From positions 186,001 through 250,000 of the forward strand of contig JBDOQK010000026.1 of NCBI GenBank assembly GCA_040437565.1: a stretch of DNA of 64,000 nt, read 5' to 3'. The translations under genes and the position numbers were made by a program. This DNA comes from Albugo candida. Lineage: Eukaryota. This document shows, one piece after another, positions 35,720-48,411 of this stretch. Under the pieces are notes generated by a model that saw nothing but the letters and a program-made list of their open reading frames with translations, made no database searches and was not told where the DNA came from. Positions within the stretch are counted from its first letter, which is position 1, and each line of letters starts with the position of its first letter.

Positions 35720-36465
35720 TATTGTGGTATTTTCGCTTCTCTGGGGTCACATGATAGCTTCAAGTAAAATTTTCTGCACTGCCACACCTCAGAAAACTGA
35801 AACGGATCTCGTGCCCAAACTCACACTCATAGCAATTGGTTCCATTATTTGGCGAAAGGTGCTTGAATTTTTACCTGGGTTTTCTCGCGAAAGTTCGTAC
35901 GCCGCGTCTAGATGCCTCTACATCTTTCGAGTCATAAATTTATGGCAAACTATACCGTTCTCGGATCCCTCTCCATGAAATTCTAAAACATCTACTGAAT
36001 CCACTTAAAGAACATCACAGCTTTTTGTGTGTAGATATCTTGTTCCAGTCTTCCATAATTTTTTCTGTGAGATCTGAATGTCGAACATGCAATTGACAAT
36101 CTGTTTAGGTCCATGCATTCTCGCAAGCCGTGATGATCTAGAGCATTGTTTATTTGGTTCCTCAGCGAGACATTATTTATACTGCGTCCGGTAGTGTGCT
36201 TTCTTTTCTCCTTTTACGCATTTCTTGATCAATCTTTGCCAAATCTTTTGCTCTCCTACTCGCCGAAAAAAAAACTAGCTGAATCTTGCTGAGTCACTAT
36301 ATTGGTTTCTTTTCCAGTTCATATTTTCTTCACATATCCAAGCAAGCTGATACTGGTGTGACCAACGGCTTGTTCGAACATGTTTCGTACGTCAGAAATG
36401 TGTTCTTATTATACGATATCGCTTTATGAACTTTGATATTCCTGTGCTGTTTCCTTGTCGACATA
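35720..36465 (-). mobile_element. Degenerate Ty3/gypsy gag fragment of the same family as 30660-35404
   Basis: Minus strand reads YETCSNKPLVTPVSACLD...DLAKIDQEMRK...NFMERDP...LRCGSAE, matching YKTCRKKTFIMPVPACVD...KID...FMEWEP. Stops and frameshifts present. Confidence 0.55.
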
Positions 36466-36777
36466 GGGCGTACTAAAATATCCATTTATTCCATGTGACA
36501 CCTGTCATCTCGCACTTGTTCCTCATTCTCCGTGATCTGTTAGCCCCATGTACCTCACCAAAGGGTCTAGCTGGACAGAACCCTTGCGTCGTTTCTGTTT
36601 TTTTGAAGTCGGATGTCACCCTTTTCAACTCCGTAATCATGTTCTCGTTGTAACATCATGTCGTCAATTGATGAGTGTTTGCAATCCAAACTTGTCTAAC
36701 GACGAGTCCTTTAACTATATTAGCTTTGGTCTCTCTACGCCGTTATGTGTTCTTCGACCCTTCCCGTGTGGGCATAC

Positions 36778-39700
36778 TTATCCGGTGAGCATTACAAGTC
36801 CGCGGAGCTCGCTGACTCGGTGCGCTGGGAGGATCTTAGTCAGAATGTCCACACGCATTTTCTTGGATTCGCAGTACAGCACCTTCATCATCTTCTTTTT
36901 CTCCAAACCTTTGACAAAATTGTATCGCACGTCTATGTGCTTCGCTCGACCGGCGTGTCCTCGACCTTGGTCTGAGCGATGGCTGCTTGGTTGTCCCCGT
37001 GTAAAATTTAACTTGGCTGAATTTCTACGTCAATAGCAAGCCATTTGCTGTGCACTCGCGAGACACAGCCTCTTTCTTGACACCAAAAACAACGATTTCA
37101 TTCAGCAGTTCCATGATGCCCATCATCTCGGCCACTGTCTGCGAATCCGTCACAAACTAGCCTTCCATCGTTGATAGTGCAACACATTTCTGCGTTTTGC
37201 AATCCCATCCAGCGACCATGCCACCCACCATTATCACACCACCGCTGAACGACTTGCGATCAGTCTTTTCTGCGGCATAGTCGGCGTCGCTGTATGCCTC
37301 GACCAGCACGCCGTCGTTTCCCATTTCAGTCTTATCTCCTTGCATCATGAATTTGAGGCCTTTCGTGCCCTTGAGAGACTTGGCTATCTTTTGCCAGACG
37401 CCAATCGCCCTCACTCGGCGCGTGTGAACGCAGAGTTACTCGGTATCACCGCAAATGCTATGTCTGTTCTTGTGCATTGAGCTATCCATAGTAAACTGCC
37501 CACCAGCGACTGGAATGTCTGCACACTCGGTCTGCGAGTCACTTCCATGAGACGGTAGCAAAGCACTTTCTTCGTCTCCATCGTCCCCACTGATAGGCAC
37601 TCTTACTGGCGCCGATTCGGCTAGCCCAAAATTTTCCAGCAACTCTTCAATAGTATTTTCTTGGTCGAGTGCCCATCCGCTCTCCTCATTGCAATGAAAC
37701 ACGATACCAAGAAATTTGATGACCACGCCGAGATTCTTCAACTAAACAACTTGCATGTCGCTAAAAAAATCATCGACCTTCTTCATACTCGTTCCCGTCG
37801 CCAGGATGTCGTCCACGATACCCATGAGCGTTTTACCATCAGTCTCAGATTTGATGTATAGACATATGTCTGTGTAGCACTGATCAAAACCCAGAGACAT
37901 TACGATCTCATGAAGCATCAAGTTCCACAGCCGTCTCGACTGTGTGAGGCCGTATAGGCCTTTCTTGATTCTCAGCTCGAGCTGTCTCTTGTCTTAAACG
38001 TCGAAGCAACATTTCATCTGATTCCATTCCCTGCGGTATATGGAGTAGTACCTCCAAGTCGTCTTCCTTTTTGGCTTTAACATATGCGCTTGGCACATCG
38101 CCGTGCTGGGCAGGTACTCCCCAAATTTTTGGCACTGCAATTATGATTTTGCCGGAAACCATTTCCATAGCAGCCGAATTAGTATAGGTATAATCAACAC
38201 CATACACTTGTTCGTCTCCGTGCGCCACTAGTTTTGCCTTGTATCTTTCGATAGTACCACCAGCGTGCATCTTATGTCTGTACACCCATTTGCTGTGCAG
38301 TAGATTGGCTTCACGCGGATTTTGGATCACTTCCCAAGTATCATTTTGATCAATTTCTGTGCGCAGTGCCTCCTCCCACTGCTTTACTCGAGGGTCTTTT
38401 ATCGCTTCGCGGTAGTTCTTGGGGTCTTTAAAGGTATTTGATTTCACACGGCTCACTGGTACGTGTCCGCTACCCATGTTGCTAATTTCCATCCTCTTTT
38501 GTGATAGCTCTTCCGCAGGCAAGGGCTCATCGCCGCTATTGGGTTCTTTTGGATCGTCCGGGTTATTGGTAACCGCCGGATCCTTGGCTTCCATATAAGA
38601 ATCCATCTTTGAATTTGCTGTTTTCTTCGATGTTTCAGCCGCCTTTTTTTTCCTTTCGTTCTAATGCTTCTTGCACTCAGAAGTATTATGATCCTGTGTC
38701 CTCGCTTGTGGTAGTAGCACCACGGCTGGCTCCTTCCGCTTCGCGACTTCGTTGCGCTCCACAACAGAGCGACACAACATGTGATCTTCGCGCTCGAGAT
38801 GCACCTGAAGCTGCGCGTTCTTCTCGCTGTTGAGTATCTCAACGTTGCGTATGTGCTTCGTTGTTATGACGATTCTCTCCTTCGGCAAGTATACTTTAAA
38901 TGCCTTAGTATTGTCATTCTTGCCAATTATCATTCCAACCTGGGATCTTGGCTTCCATGTGTTTCTCTCCGGGGTTCCTTAACGTCGACCACGAGCCTCC
39001 AAAAGTTGCCATATCCGCCAGATTAGGGATCGTACCCGTCAACAATTTTCGAGCGGTGGAGGGAGGCCAATCGCAAACAGAATGCATCTTGCCATGCTGA
39101 GTACCGTCCTGTGCATCCGTTCAGCTTCTCCATTTGAGTCCTGATTTTCAGATTCGCTTACTTGACGTTTCACACCAGCCGACTTGCAAAACGGGTCGAC
39201 GTTGACGTACTCCTTACCACCGTCCGTGCGTAGCACATGAAAGCGACAGTTGAATCTTTTCCCGAAGTAAAGTAGGAAGTGCTCAAAATTTTGGTCGCCT
39301 TGATCTTGTTCTTGGATACAAATACGCATACGTAGTTCGTCGGGTGGTCGACGAAGTTGATAAGGTAACGATGACCGTGCCGGTCTTGTGGTGTCAACGG
39401 TCCCTTTATGTCGCTTCCTATTACCCCAACAAGCTTGTCGATGGCCGCGTTCTTTTCCTTGTCTTTTTTTAGTGATTGTTCTTCCTCTGCTTGCCCTGTG
39501 CGCAAGTTACGCAATTTGGCGAGCCCGGTTTATCAACCGTATACCTGAGCCCACCGAGTCGGCCATGTGCTCGACTGTTTCGTAGGCAAGGTGACCGAGC
39601 CTCTGGTGCAACTCTATCAGGTTTGTATTCGCTACGGCTTCATTTATCCATCGTAACCTTGTGCAACGGCTGAGTTGACCACTCGTGCGCGCGCCTCCTT

Positions 39701-41446
39701 CGATTCTTCGCCCATGAAGTCGATTGTTAAGGCGTTGTTTCGGCGGATAACTTCAAAAATCTTCATATTGTCCGCTTCGCGCACCACGTAGTTTCTATTA
39801 CCATCTCGCTTGAGAATTACACCACATTCTTCCAATATACCATAGCTGATGATGTTGTCAGCGAGGTTCTTATCGGAATAAACCTCGGGGAGGTCGACTA
39901 TAACCTCTTTGCCATTGATGCTGTCCTCAGCTTGGCCGATCCCACCTTGGTAACTCAAACTATCGTATTGTTTCCGCGCGGCACGATTGATCAAACTCCA
40001 CCACATTCTTCAGTATCATCACATCTTTTACTAGATGCAAGCTCGACCAACTGTCCAGAATTCACGAATTTGAGTCAGCGCTCGTAACAGTCCCTATGGC
40101 CTACGCGACTCTACTCAAAGTCGCATTTTCATCACTCTTTCGTTTAGGGAACTTGGCATTAATGTGCTCAGTCTCGCCGCACCCATAACATGCACGAGAC
40201 TCGGATTTTTCCACCTGTGCGACATTTCCGCCTCCTCTCATGCTTTGATCTCTTCGCACACCGCTGAGGTATCGACCTTCTTGCTCACGGCCTGTTTGTC
40301 CAACTCGGCCGCTCCTCCCTTCGCACTTCGACTTGCTCATATTGATGTCGAAGTCGACCGCGAATGCAACAAGCTCAGGGACTTGCACCAGGTAGTCAGG
40401 ACGCTTCGCATTCAGCCGAGTTAGCAGCGCGGTCTTGATGTGCGCTGGTGCCGACTAGCATAAGCATTCCTGAATGCTTTTCTCCGACCGCTCTTCCACG
40501 TAAACCAGGTACTGGTAGTGCTCAGGCCATGTCTTGGTTTTCTCTTTTTCTCTCTTTATCATCTCAATACCTTTCCTAGATGGTATCTTAGTCATATACA
40601 GCATCAGCACTTCATGAAGTTCTCGAGTGTATTTGACACCGCCGACCATAACGGTATCATCTTCTCGTAGTAACTTAGTGCCGCGCCGTCCAATTTGCCA
40701 CTCAGTGTGGAGACCTTGAAATCTTCCGGCCAATCACCTCCGCTCTTCAGCTGCGCTCGCCGATGTCGCTGTAGGAAACGCATTCCCCACGCCTTTTAGT
40801 CGGCGTCTACACCCGGTTATGTCTCTTTCCCGTGAATTTTGCAAATCCGGGCCAGTCGAGATCCCGAGGCTTTGGTATCTTTGTCCATGAGCCTCCGGTA
40901 GCGTGTAATACTGCGACGGATTTGGTGCCTGATACTGCTCCTCTCGTTGCGGCATGCGCTTTTGTTGAGGCAGCACGCATTATGTAGGCTCATCGAGTCA
41001 TCCCATCCTCATTCGACGGTCGCGCGCTCTGATGAAATCATTGAAAGCGCTTGACCCGTTAAATGGGTGCTCGGAGGGTGACATGGGTGCAGCTTCGGCC
41101 TGACGGCCCAGCTGATCTTGGATCTTAAGCTGGGTTTCCATGAATCGGGCCTGCTGCTGCGTCATCCCTGCGAGGAGTCCGTCAATCCGGTCCATCCCCT
41201 CAGAGCTCGCATGGGAAATACGACTCGCGCTCTCTTAGATCTCGGACGCGCTCTTCACCGATCGCGTTAAGTGTGGGTGCGTGCGTCTCGACACCGTCCC
41301 TTACCGGGGCTATCTGTCGAGGAGTCGAGTCGCTTGCTGTTGGGCTCATAACCCGTTGTTGAGCTTAGATTTATATTGAGAAAATCGAGAGCGAAATGTA
41401 TTTTGGCTTGTTATCCTAATTACCTTTCGTGCCCGTTGTATCAACA
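36778..41446 (-). mobile_element. Second Ty1/copia retrotransposon (decayed), near full-length internal region
   Basis: PBS GGTTATGAGCCCA at 41341-41353 (minus). Motifs: gag knuckle CYGCGETEHINAK, protease ILDS, HQRLGH, integrase LRTDGGKEY/AERMHRT, RT ERYKAKLVAHG/HGDVPSAY, RNase H AYSDADYA/VALSTME/KHIDVR. Many frameshifts. Candidate 5' LTR 41357-41446 has TGTTGA...TCAACA termini. Confidence 0.88.
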
Positions 41447-43210
41447 GTCGCGATATTTCACCTCAGTAGTTGCACTCCTTGAACAATTGAACTTGTCGAT
41501 CGTTCGAAAAGCGATCGGCAACTTCAACAGCACCAACAGTTTCCTGAATATGAACCACGTTCAGCGCATACATTCTCTACTTCGACGGTAGTGTTTCGAT
41601 CAAGGCGAACGCGATCAGATGGCAAAATACCGGAATAAATTGCAAAGTGAGAATCCTCTCACCCAAATTGCGTAGATCATTGCTAGGAGTACGGATGGGA
41701 TGCGCAAGTTCAAGTGTAGATAGTCCGGCACAGTTCCGTTTCATGGCAACCGAGATAAAGGCAACAGCACGACATATTTTCAATATAGTAGGTATTATTA
41801 TGAAACGTTTTTGCACGCAGGATCATTATAAGAGTTAGCCTATGTTTTAGAGATGAGATACGAATATTCAACTGAGCTTTACCGACTATGTGGCATTCGC
41901 AAGTCTGGATCTTTTGAACTGAAAATGTCTGGTGTGTTTTCTATGCCCTATCGGATGTTTTGTTACGACATTCCGCCCTCAAAAACAAGATAGGTCGACA
42001 GAAAAACACTCCGTTGGTATCTAGAAATCCTCACGATTACGAAGGACTTGCCAACTTGGAACGTGTACGATATGTGGATTTAAAATTCTGGTTTCAAATA
42101 GCACCGATCATGTCGTGTTCTCCTCTAGCACCTGCTTATAAAAGCAGAGTTGAGATTTGGAGTAGCGTTGACGTCGGCTTTACCATCTTATTGCTCTCAG
42201 GGGGGACAAGGAGAGACGCTTGACAAACTCCGTGACAGACAGACTGCATAATCGGCTATTAGATACTACACCGGCAAAGCACGAAGTGTAGTTGACGGGT
42301 CATTGGTTACCCGCTCCTCAGGCGTAAAGTCTTTGATACAAACATGATCATTGCTTGGAGCCGGACAAGTCCGCAGTGTTCCTCGCTTTTCGTTTTTCCA
42401 TCGGGTAAAGAAAGAATGGCCAGTATGGTATGTGGAATTATGGTACTATGCGGTGTTAATTTGTATTGCAGTCATCTTGAGTTGATCATTGTAATTCGAA
42501 CACGAGCAGCTACGTGGCCGCCCAAGCCAACATAATCTAGCATGATCCTACCACGTACACGCACAAACTCGATACGTATGAGCAGGGTTGTTTCTCAACC
42601 ATACTACTACTTAGATTTTGGCTTGTAGTACCTTACTGACCAAGCATCCCTATTTCTGACAGAACGCAAAATAAATCAATGTACTGGGCGGACCACCGCT
42701 TGTGTAATACTCCTTACGAGTAACAATGGTGACGTGAAAGAGACTTGCTTTTTCTAGCCATGCATTGGATTGCATCGCATTGAATTTCATGATTTTTGAC
42801 ATGGGAAAAAAGGCTCTGGCGATCGATCGCTAAGGATAGATGCGTTTATCATCGCCACGCACGCTTTAGTCATAAAATTGAATACCCTAGTGGGATTATG
42901 TTAAAGTATCAGAAGTTTTCCGTTCATATACATTTTGTCTATCAATACTAGTAGTGCTACCGTCTTATAATCAATCTTTCGTCGTCAGAATGAATGGCAA
43001 TTACGCTTTGCTACTTTTGGTGATCCATATCAAATCTGAATTTGTACTATAGAGCCGATAGGCTTCGACAAACAGGTTCATCACTGCAATCGTAACTATA
43101 CAGCGCGCAATTGAACAATGAAAAGACAACATGCTGCTAGTCTTCCGAAATATTTCCGGAAGTACGATATTCTAATTTGATTGAAATTTTAGGCTTTGCT
43201 GTTTCATTGA

Positions 43211-44077
43211 TCAAGTTATCATTGAGCGATATTTCTTAGCTTCAACACTACTATGGGCACTGAAACTAGTACCACCAGACTGGAGATAGATGATATCTTT
43301 CTTATACAGCTTTATCCCAGTGACAGGACATGTCATGGATGGCATCACGGCATCCTTCAAGCACGTTTCCAATATCACAATTCCCGAGGAACGTAACAGA
43401 ACGGCTTGCTGATGAGTGATGGCCTTCTTCGTTACAGCACAGACAACATGATTCTCAGATTGTGTAGAAGATGAAGAACTGCCGGTCCATTCTAGTTTCA
43501 CTGGCATAAGGTGTTTCAGCTTCAATTCTGCTATCGGGTTCATAGGATCTCGGGTCGTTGTGTCCGGTTTTGTGATGGTTACTTTAAAGTCAGGGGTGCA
43601 ATCAGGAATCCAATAGCTTGTTTTCTTCATAGCTTCTCGTCTTTCGTCTTCTAATGTTTGGTCAATTTTCTCTTTGAGCTTTTGTATCGTCTTTTCCTTC
43701 CCTTCACTTTTCGATTCGACAACAGATGAAGTACTCGTGATCATGCTTTCCACTAGTTTTCTTTCTTTTTCCAAGCGTGACTTTTCTACGTTATGCTCCT
43801 CGGTCTCACAGAATCGCTCGTATTCTAGCTTTTGCTGCTGAATTGCCTGTTTTTGTGCTAAAAGATTTGAGTAGATACATTCCTTACAGTAAAGAAATCC
43901 CGAAGGTGACAGCAGGGAGTCTTTATCTTTTGTATTTGATAGACAAAGAGAGCAAGCTCCAAAGCTTAGCTGAGAATCCTTTCCAAAGCGACGTTTCAAT
44001 GTACCATGGCCAGCTTTTTGCTTTTCAAAGTAGGTAAAATGGGTCGTCGCCGTTGCATTCTTGCTATGACGCGTCAT
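43211..44077 (-). CDS. NOSIP: Nitric oxide synthase-interacting protein homolog (split RING/U-box)
   Basis: MTRHSKN, RFGKDSQ..F.ACSLCL, GFLYCKECIYSNLLAQK, SYWIP, CPVTG and LQSGGTSFS. Confidence 0.92.
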   Translation of the reverse strand: MTRHSKNATATTHFTYFEKQKAGHGTLKRRFGKDSQLSFGACSLCLSNTKDKDSLLSPSGFLYCKECIYSNLLAQKQAIQQQKLEYERFCETEEHNVEKSRLEKERKLVESMITSTSSVVESKSEGKEKTIQKLKEKIDQTLEDERREAMKKTSYWIPDCTPDFKVTITKPDTTTRDPMNPIAELKLKHLMPVKLEWTGSSSSSTQSENHVVCAVTKKAITHQQAVLLRSSGIVILETCLKDAVMPSMTCPVTGIKLYKKDIIYLQSGGTSFSAHSSVEAKKYRSMIT

Positions 44078-44790
44078 AATTAATGTTTTTCTGACCCGAT
44101 AGAATTAATACCAATAGAAAAACGGCGAATCAATCTACTTTGTTTCAATTCTACAATTTGCGGACTATTCTCACATCCGTTTGCGTATTTGCTTAGAAAG
44201 CACATTTATGATGATTCACTGTTGCCGGTCGGAGCATTTATATGTCAGGGCCTGAGTTTCGGAAGGAGGTAGGACAGAAAATAAAAAGATATCACCATTG
44301 CCCGTTCGACCTGGAAAGGCAAACATTATCACATACAAAAACTTATATCAAACGCTTGAAGACGATTTGTAAGAAGATACATTCACACAAGATCAGAAAA
44401 ATAAATATCGTTCTGTTCAAATTTTGGCGACTTATAAAACATGCTCTAATAGCACTTTCTACTCGTTGTACGAGAAAGTCTCGTTTCAAAGCGTGACGGA
44501 ATCAGAATGCCTATTTCTCTGACTTATCTGACCCACCATCGAAAAATTAATACCCTTCCGACTCATTGGGTACAACCTGGTTTGATTAGACCCTGTCAGA
44601 TTTCAATTGTTCAGGTAGTCGAGCATGTATTAAAAAGGTTTTCTCAATCTATTATAGTAAATCCGACAAGGCTATTTGGATTTATAATAACCCGCTAAAA
44701 ATGATGTACATCGTGAGGTTTTTCGTTTGTTTGCGCACCGTCATTCTTGAGAAATGTGTGTTTAAAAGCTCATTTTGCAAATAGCCATTA

Positions 44791-47133
44791 ATGTCGCAAC
44801 CTCTCACCGCATACACTAAGCACTTGCAGGCTGAGTATCCTTCTCGCCTCCACTTTATCTTTGGCATGGTTGTGGTTTCCTTTGCTGCATTTGCCATGTT
44901 CGTCATCTCAGAAATATCGTATCCATTACATCACATCATATCCTTCTTTCATTTCGATTTTTCGAACCGCTGGAAACACGATCAATTACACGTCTTGACG
45001 TTTTGGATAATTGGACTTCTTCTTCCATTGACTCTACTTTTGGCACCTCGAGCTTATCAGACTCAGATTCAGCGAATTCTGAGACCAACTGGGAATCAGA
45101 AAGAGATTGGGTGCAAAGAGAGTAATGACACAAGGTTTTTGGCGTACCTGTGCACTGCCTGCATCGGTTATCTAGCTTTTTTTCTCGGAATTTTGGTGTG
45201 TGCATTCCATCGAAGCTCGGTCCTTTGCTCGATTACCGGAGGATTATGTTTTACCTGGTGCTCTGTTGGGAATCGCACTCCTCTAGCAGTTCTAGGCTTC
45301 TTCTCGGAAATGATCCTTCTTTCATCATTTTTATCCCTCGAAGGCGCAATCATAGACACAGAGTACCGTACGAGTTCAATGAACAGAGACAAGCGATATG
45401 TTTTGAGGTTGAATAACTACATCAACATGCTGCTCATAGCGGGTGCTTTATTACTCGCTTATGGAGCTGAGTACGCGAACTACCTGGTACGTTTAATGGA
45501 TGATGAACAAACAGACGCAAAATTACTATATAGATCCTCAATGAGCTTGCAAAGCGCCTTTTACGTCTCGTCATCAGTCGGGACAGGATTTGGTTCGCTA
45601 GTCTTGAGCATCACAGCGCTTTTCAATACGTATGGGCTCGGTGGAATTCTATCTGCAAAAGACGGCTGGAGATTTTATCAACCCCTTATGGGTGGTGCGA
45701 AATTCATATGTTTCCAAGTAATTTCTTGGACCTGTTTTGGGCTTGGAATCCTCCTGCAAGGGCTTTATTTAGCATCGATCTTGGTCCTACAACTTGAACG
45801 CGTTTTTGGAACGATGCTGATTGCAGCATTGCTATTCGCAGTTGCAGAGTTGCTTATGATGGTATCCCTCTTTCTTTTTAAGGGAAGCTCAATTGTGCCT
45901 CGGCGCAATGGTCACAATTCTACGAACGTGCAATCCACATATACCATGAGGCTTCATGAAGTAGCCGAGGACTCACTTGGAGCGTTGGCTTTGGGCGCTA
46001 TCGTCAATTTACAATGGATCCCAGGTGTCTTGACGTGCCTCGCGCTGACGATGTTTACGAGCTTCAGCACAATACAGGTTTTCCTGCACACGTTAGAGTT
46101 TATGTTTGTACAGAGTATGCTTCTTGGGGGTCGTATCGCTTCAAATAGTATTAAGAAAGGAATGCGTTCGTACCGATACTCAAGTCGAATCAAGTCACTT
46201 GAAGGAGTGCTAATATGGCTACCTTTCTTGATGACACAGAGTATTCCTGCATTTGTTATTCTTTACCACTTCCATTGTGGTTCAGAAGGCATCACACTCA
46301 AGATACTCATTACTGGGCTCATATATCTCTACCAGACAAGTTATGGCAAAAATGCATCCACATCAGGTCATCGTGAGAAAGTTTCGTGGACAGAATCGAG
46401 AAATCGATTCATTGAAGTTTGTGCTCGATACTTCAAATTAAACATTATTCAGACGACAGCGTTAAGCACTGATCAACAATATATTTTCGCAATGCACCCT
46501 CATGGCGTGATGGCTCTTTCAGCGGCCTGGCTACCATTCACAGAGAAATGGCGTTCCTTTTTTCCTAACATTCGCACTCGGCTATTGACAGCAAGTGTCT
46601 TACACAGTGTCATGTTTACAAAAGATGTGATTCAGTGGTTTGGTGGACGCGAGGTTACTTCAGATGCTTTCATCGAAACTTTGAATCAAAAGGAAAATGT
46701 TCTTATTGTGCCTGGTGGACAAGCTGAAATGCTGTGCCAACCGGTTGGTGAGAAAGTAATCCAAATTTACACTCGACATCAAGGATTTATTCGGATCGCT
46801 ATACAAAAAGGTATCCCATTGGTACCCATACTGAGCTTCCAAGAAACTGAGATGCTGAGCAACATTCGAGTTACGCGTATCCAGCAGTGGTTTGTGACGA
46901 ATTTTGCGTTTCCGTTCCCATTCTTCCCATTTGGAAGGTTCTTATTACCAATCCCCCGGAATGTGCCCGCCACATTCGTCGTCGGTGCTCCCATTCGTGT
47001 TCAACAATGCGAACAGCCAACAAAGGACGTCATTCAGCGAGTGTGTGATGAATACTATCAGTCCATTGAAAAGCTATTTGGGGCTCACAAAGTTGTGGCT
47101 GGATGTGAAGACTACAGAATTGCATTTGTATAG
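44791..47133 (+). CDS. DGAT2/MOGAT-family acyltransferase with long multi-TM N-terminal extension
   Basis: The C-terminal ~250 aa carry RYF, FAMHPHG, IVPGGQAE, RHQGFIRIA, LVPILSFQE and VVGAPI. The N-terminal ~520 aa are largely hydrophobic helices. Confidence 0.88.
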   Translation: MSQPLTAYTKHLQAEYPSRLHFIFGMVVVSFAAFAMFVISEISYPLHHIISFFHFDFSNRWKHDQLHVLTFWIIGLLLPLTLLLAPRAYQTQIQRILRPTGNQKEIGCKESNDTRFLAYLCTACIGYLAFFLGILVCAFHRSSVLCSITGGLCFTWCSVGNRTPLAVLGFFSEMILLSSFLSLEGAIIDTEYRTSSMNRDKRYVLRLNNYINMLLIAGALLLAYGAEYANYLVRLMDDEQTDAKLLYRSSMSLQSAFYVSSSVGTGFGSLVLSITALFNTYGLGGILSAKDGWRFYQPLMGGAKFICFQVISWTCFGLGILLQGLYLASILVLQLERVFGTMLIAALLFAVAELLMMVSLFLFKGSSIVPRRNGHNSTNVQSTYTMRLHEVAEDSLGALALGAIVNLQWIPGVLTCLALTMFTSFSTIQVFLHTLEFMFVQSMLLGGRIASNSIKKGMRSYRYSSRIKSLEGVLIWLPFLMTQSIPAFVILYHFHCGSEGITLKILITGLIYLYQTSYGKNASTSGHREKVSWTESRNRFIEVCARYFKLNIIQTTALSTDQQYIFAMHPHGVMALSAAWLPFTEKWRSFFPNIRTRLLTASVLHSVMFTKDVIQWFGGREVTSDAFIETLNQKENVLIVPGGQAEMLCQPVGEKVIQIYTRHQGFIRIAIQKGIPLVPILSFQETEMLSNIRVTRIQQWFVTNFAFPFPFFPFGRFLLPIPRNVPATFVVGAPIRVQQCEQPTKDVIQRVCDEYYQSIEKLFGAHKVVAGCEDYRIAFV

Positions 47134-48411
47134 CGATGAACTTGCTGTCTTAGCTTTTGTGTTATAATACCACTTCGATCAACAAAATGGCGCAAAGCTC
47201 TTTATGATCTGAAGCACACACACACAATCCCATCCATCAAATTCGATGATTGACCGCATGTCCTCACACAATTCTAGCAGGCTCATCCGTATACATACCC
47301 CGATTATATAGTGCTGAATGGCACCAGTATATCTTCCTGACATGATTAGGACAGTAAAATGAATTTGTACTGGTTTCGCATGAACTTTGTACAATCAGGT
47401 CATATCCAGATTGGTCGATCCGATCGGTTGCTACTGCTCTGTGATGCAAGCCAAGTCCTAGACTTTATTGGAAGGTATCGATCACTTTGATTATAAACGA
47501 GATGATGGCGAGCATTATGATTGTATGACTATGCTTGGATCTCTTCAAATTTCCGAATGAAAAGAAGGGTACAGACGCCAGCAGTACCTTATCGCATCTG
47601 GCCTCAAGGCGAAGTTTAGCTATCTTTCATTTGTGTATAGTGGAAATGGAGATGATGCTTCATCTATTATTGAAATATGTCTGAATAGCGATAGATTTCG
47701 GTCTTCTGTAGCGAATCTTTACCCTTGAGATAATCTCGAAGACACAGCAATAATACCTTTCTTAATAAATTTGGTCCCGCGTGTCCTTACTTCCATTTCA
47801 GTGTCTCCTGCCGACTCATTGTTTGAGTCGCAAGAGAGTATGTTACGGCCCGTTACGTCGCCGATTTGCCGTATTGATCAATATTGTAAGCAAAAACTCT
47901 TTCCTTCTGCACGGCGGCATCCCTACAAGTTGATGTCCCACGGCTCTCCATTCCGTACACAGCTGGAATAATTCTCCGTCCGATCCCAAATTATGTTAAA
48001 CATCGATCCTCTCTTTAGACTTCCACTCTCTGTTTCATATTGTCGAATAAATGCTCTCCTTGTGACGCTACATGAGTTCTGCCAGCATTCCTCCGAATCG
48101 CTTTATTGTGACGAGGGTTCTTTTCGTAAATATTTTGTACCTATTCGCGCTTTTCGTAAATTTACTCTATCTCGCTTACCCACTTCTAAATAAAGAACAA
48201 TTCATTTGCAACTCAGATGAATTGTATATTTTTGAATTGCGCCTCCAAGCGACAAGAAAAGCTCAAAGTCATACGACAACAAAAACGCAAAGTTTTGCAG
48301 AGAAACACGTGAACTCTTACTATCATACGATTCCGTGAGCTACCAAGTGTGTTCACCAACCATTCTCCACACATATTTATACATACAGCAAGTTTCAATA
48401 GATCGATTTGA

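Noticed and set aside
47134..48411. Several 60-90 aa ORFs between DGAT2 and the C2 gene
   Set aside because: No homology cues; the pyrimidine-rich sequence is consistent with UTR or promoter.
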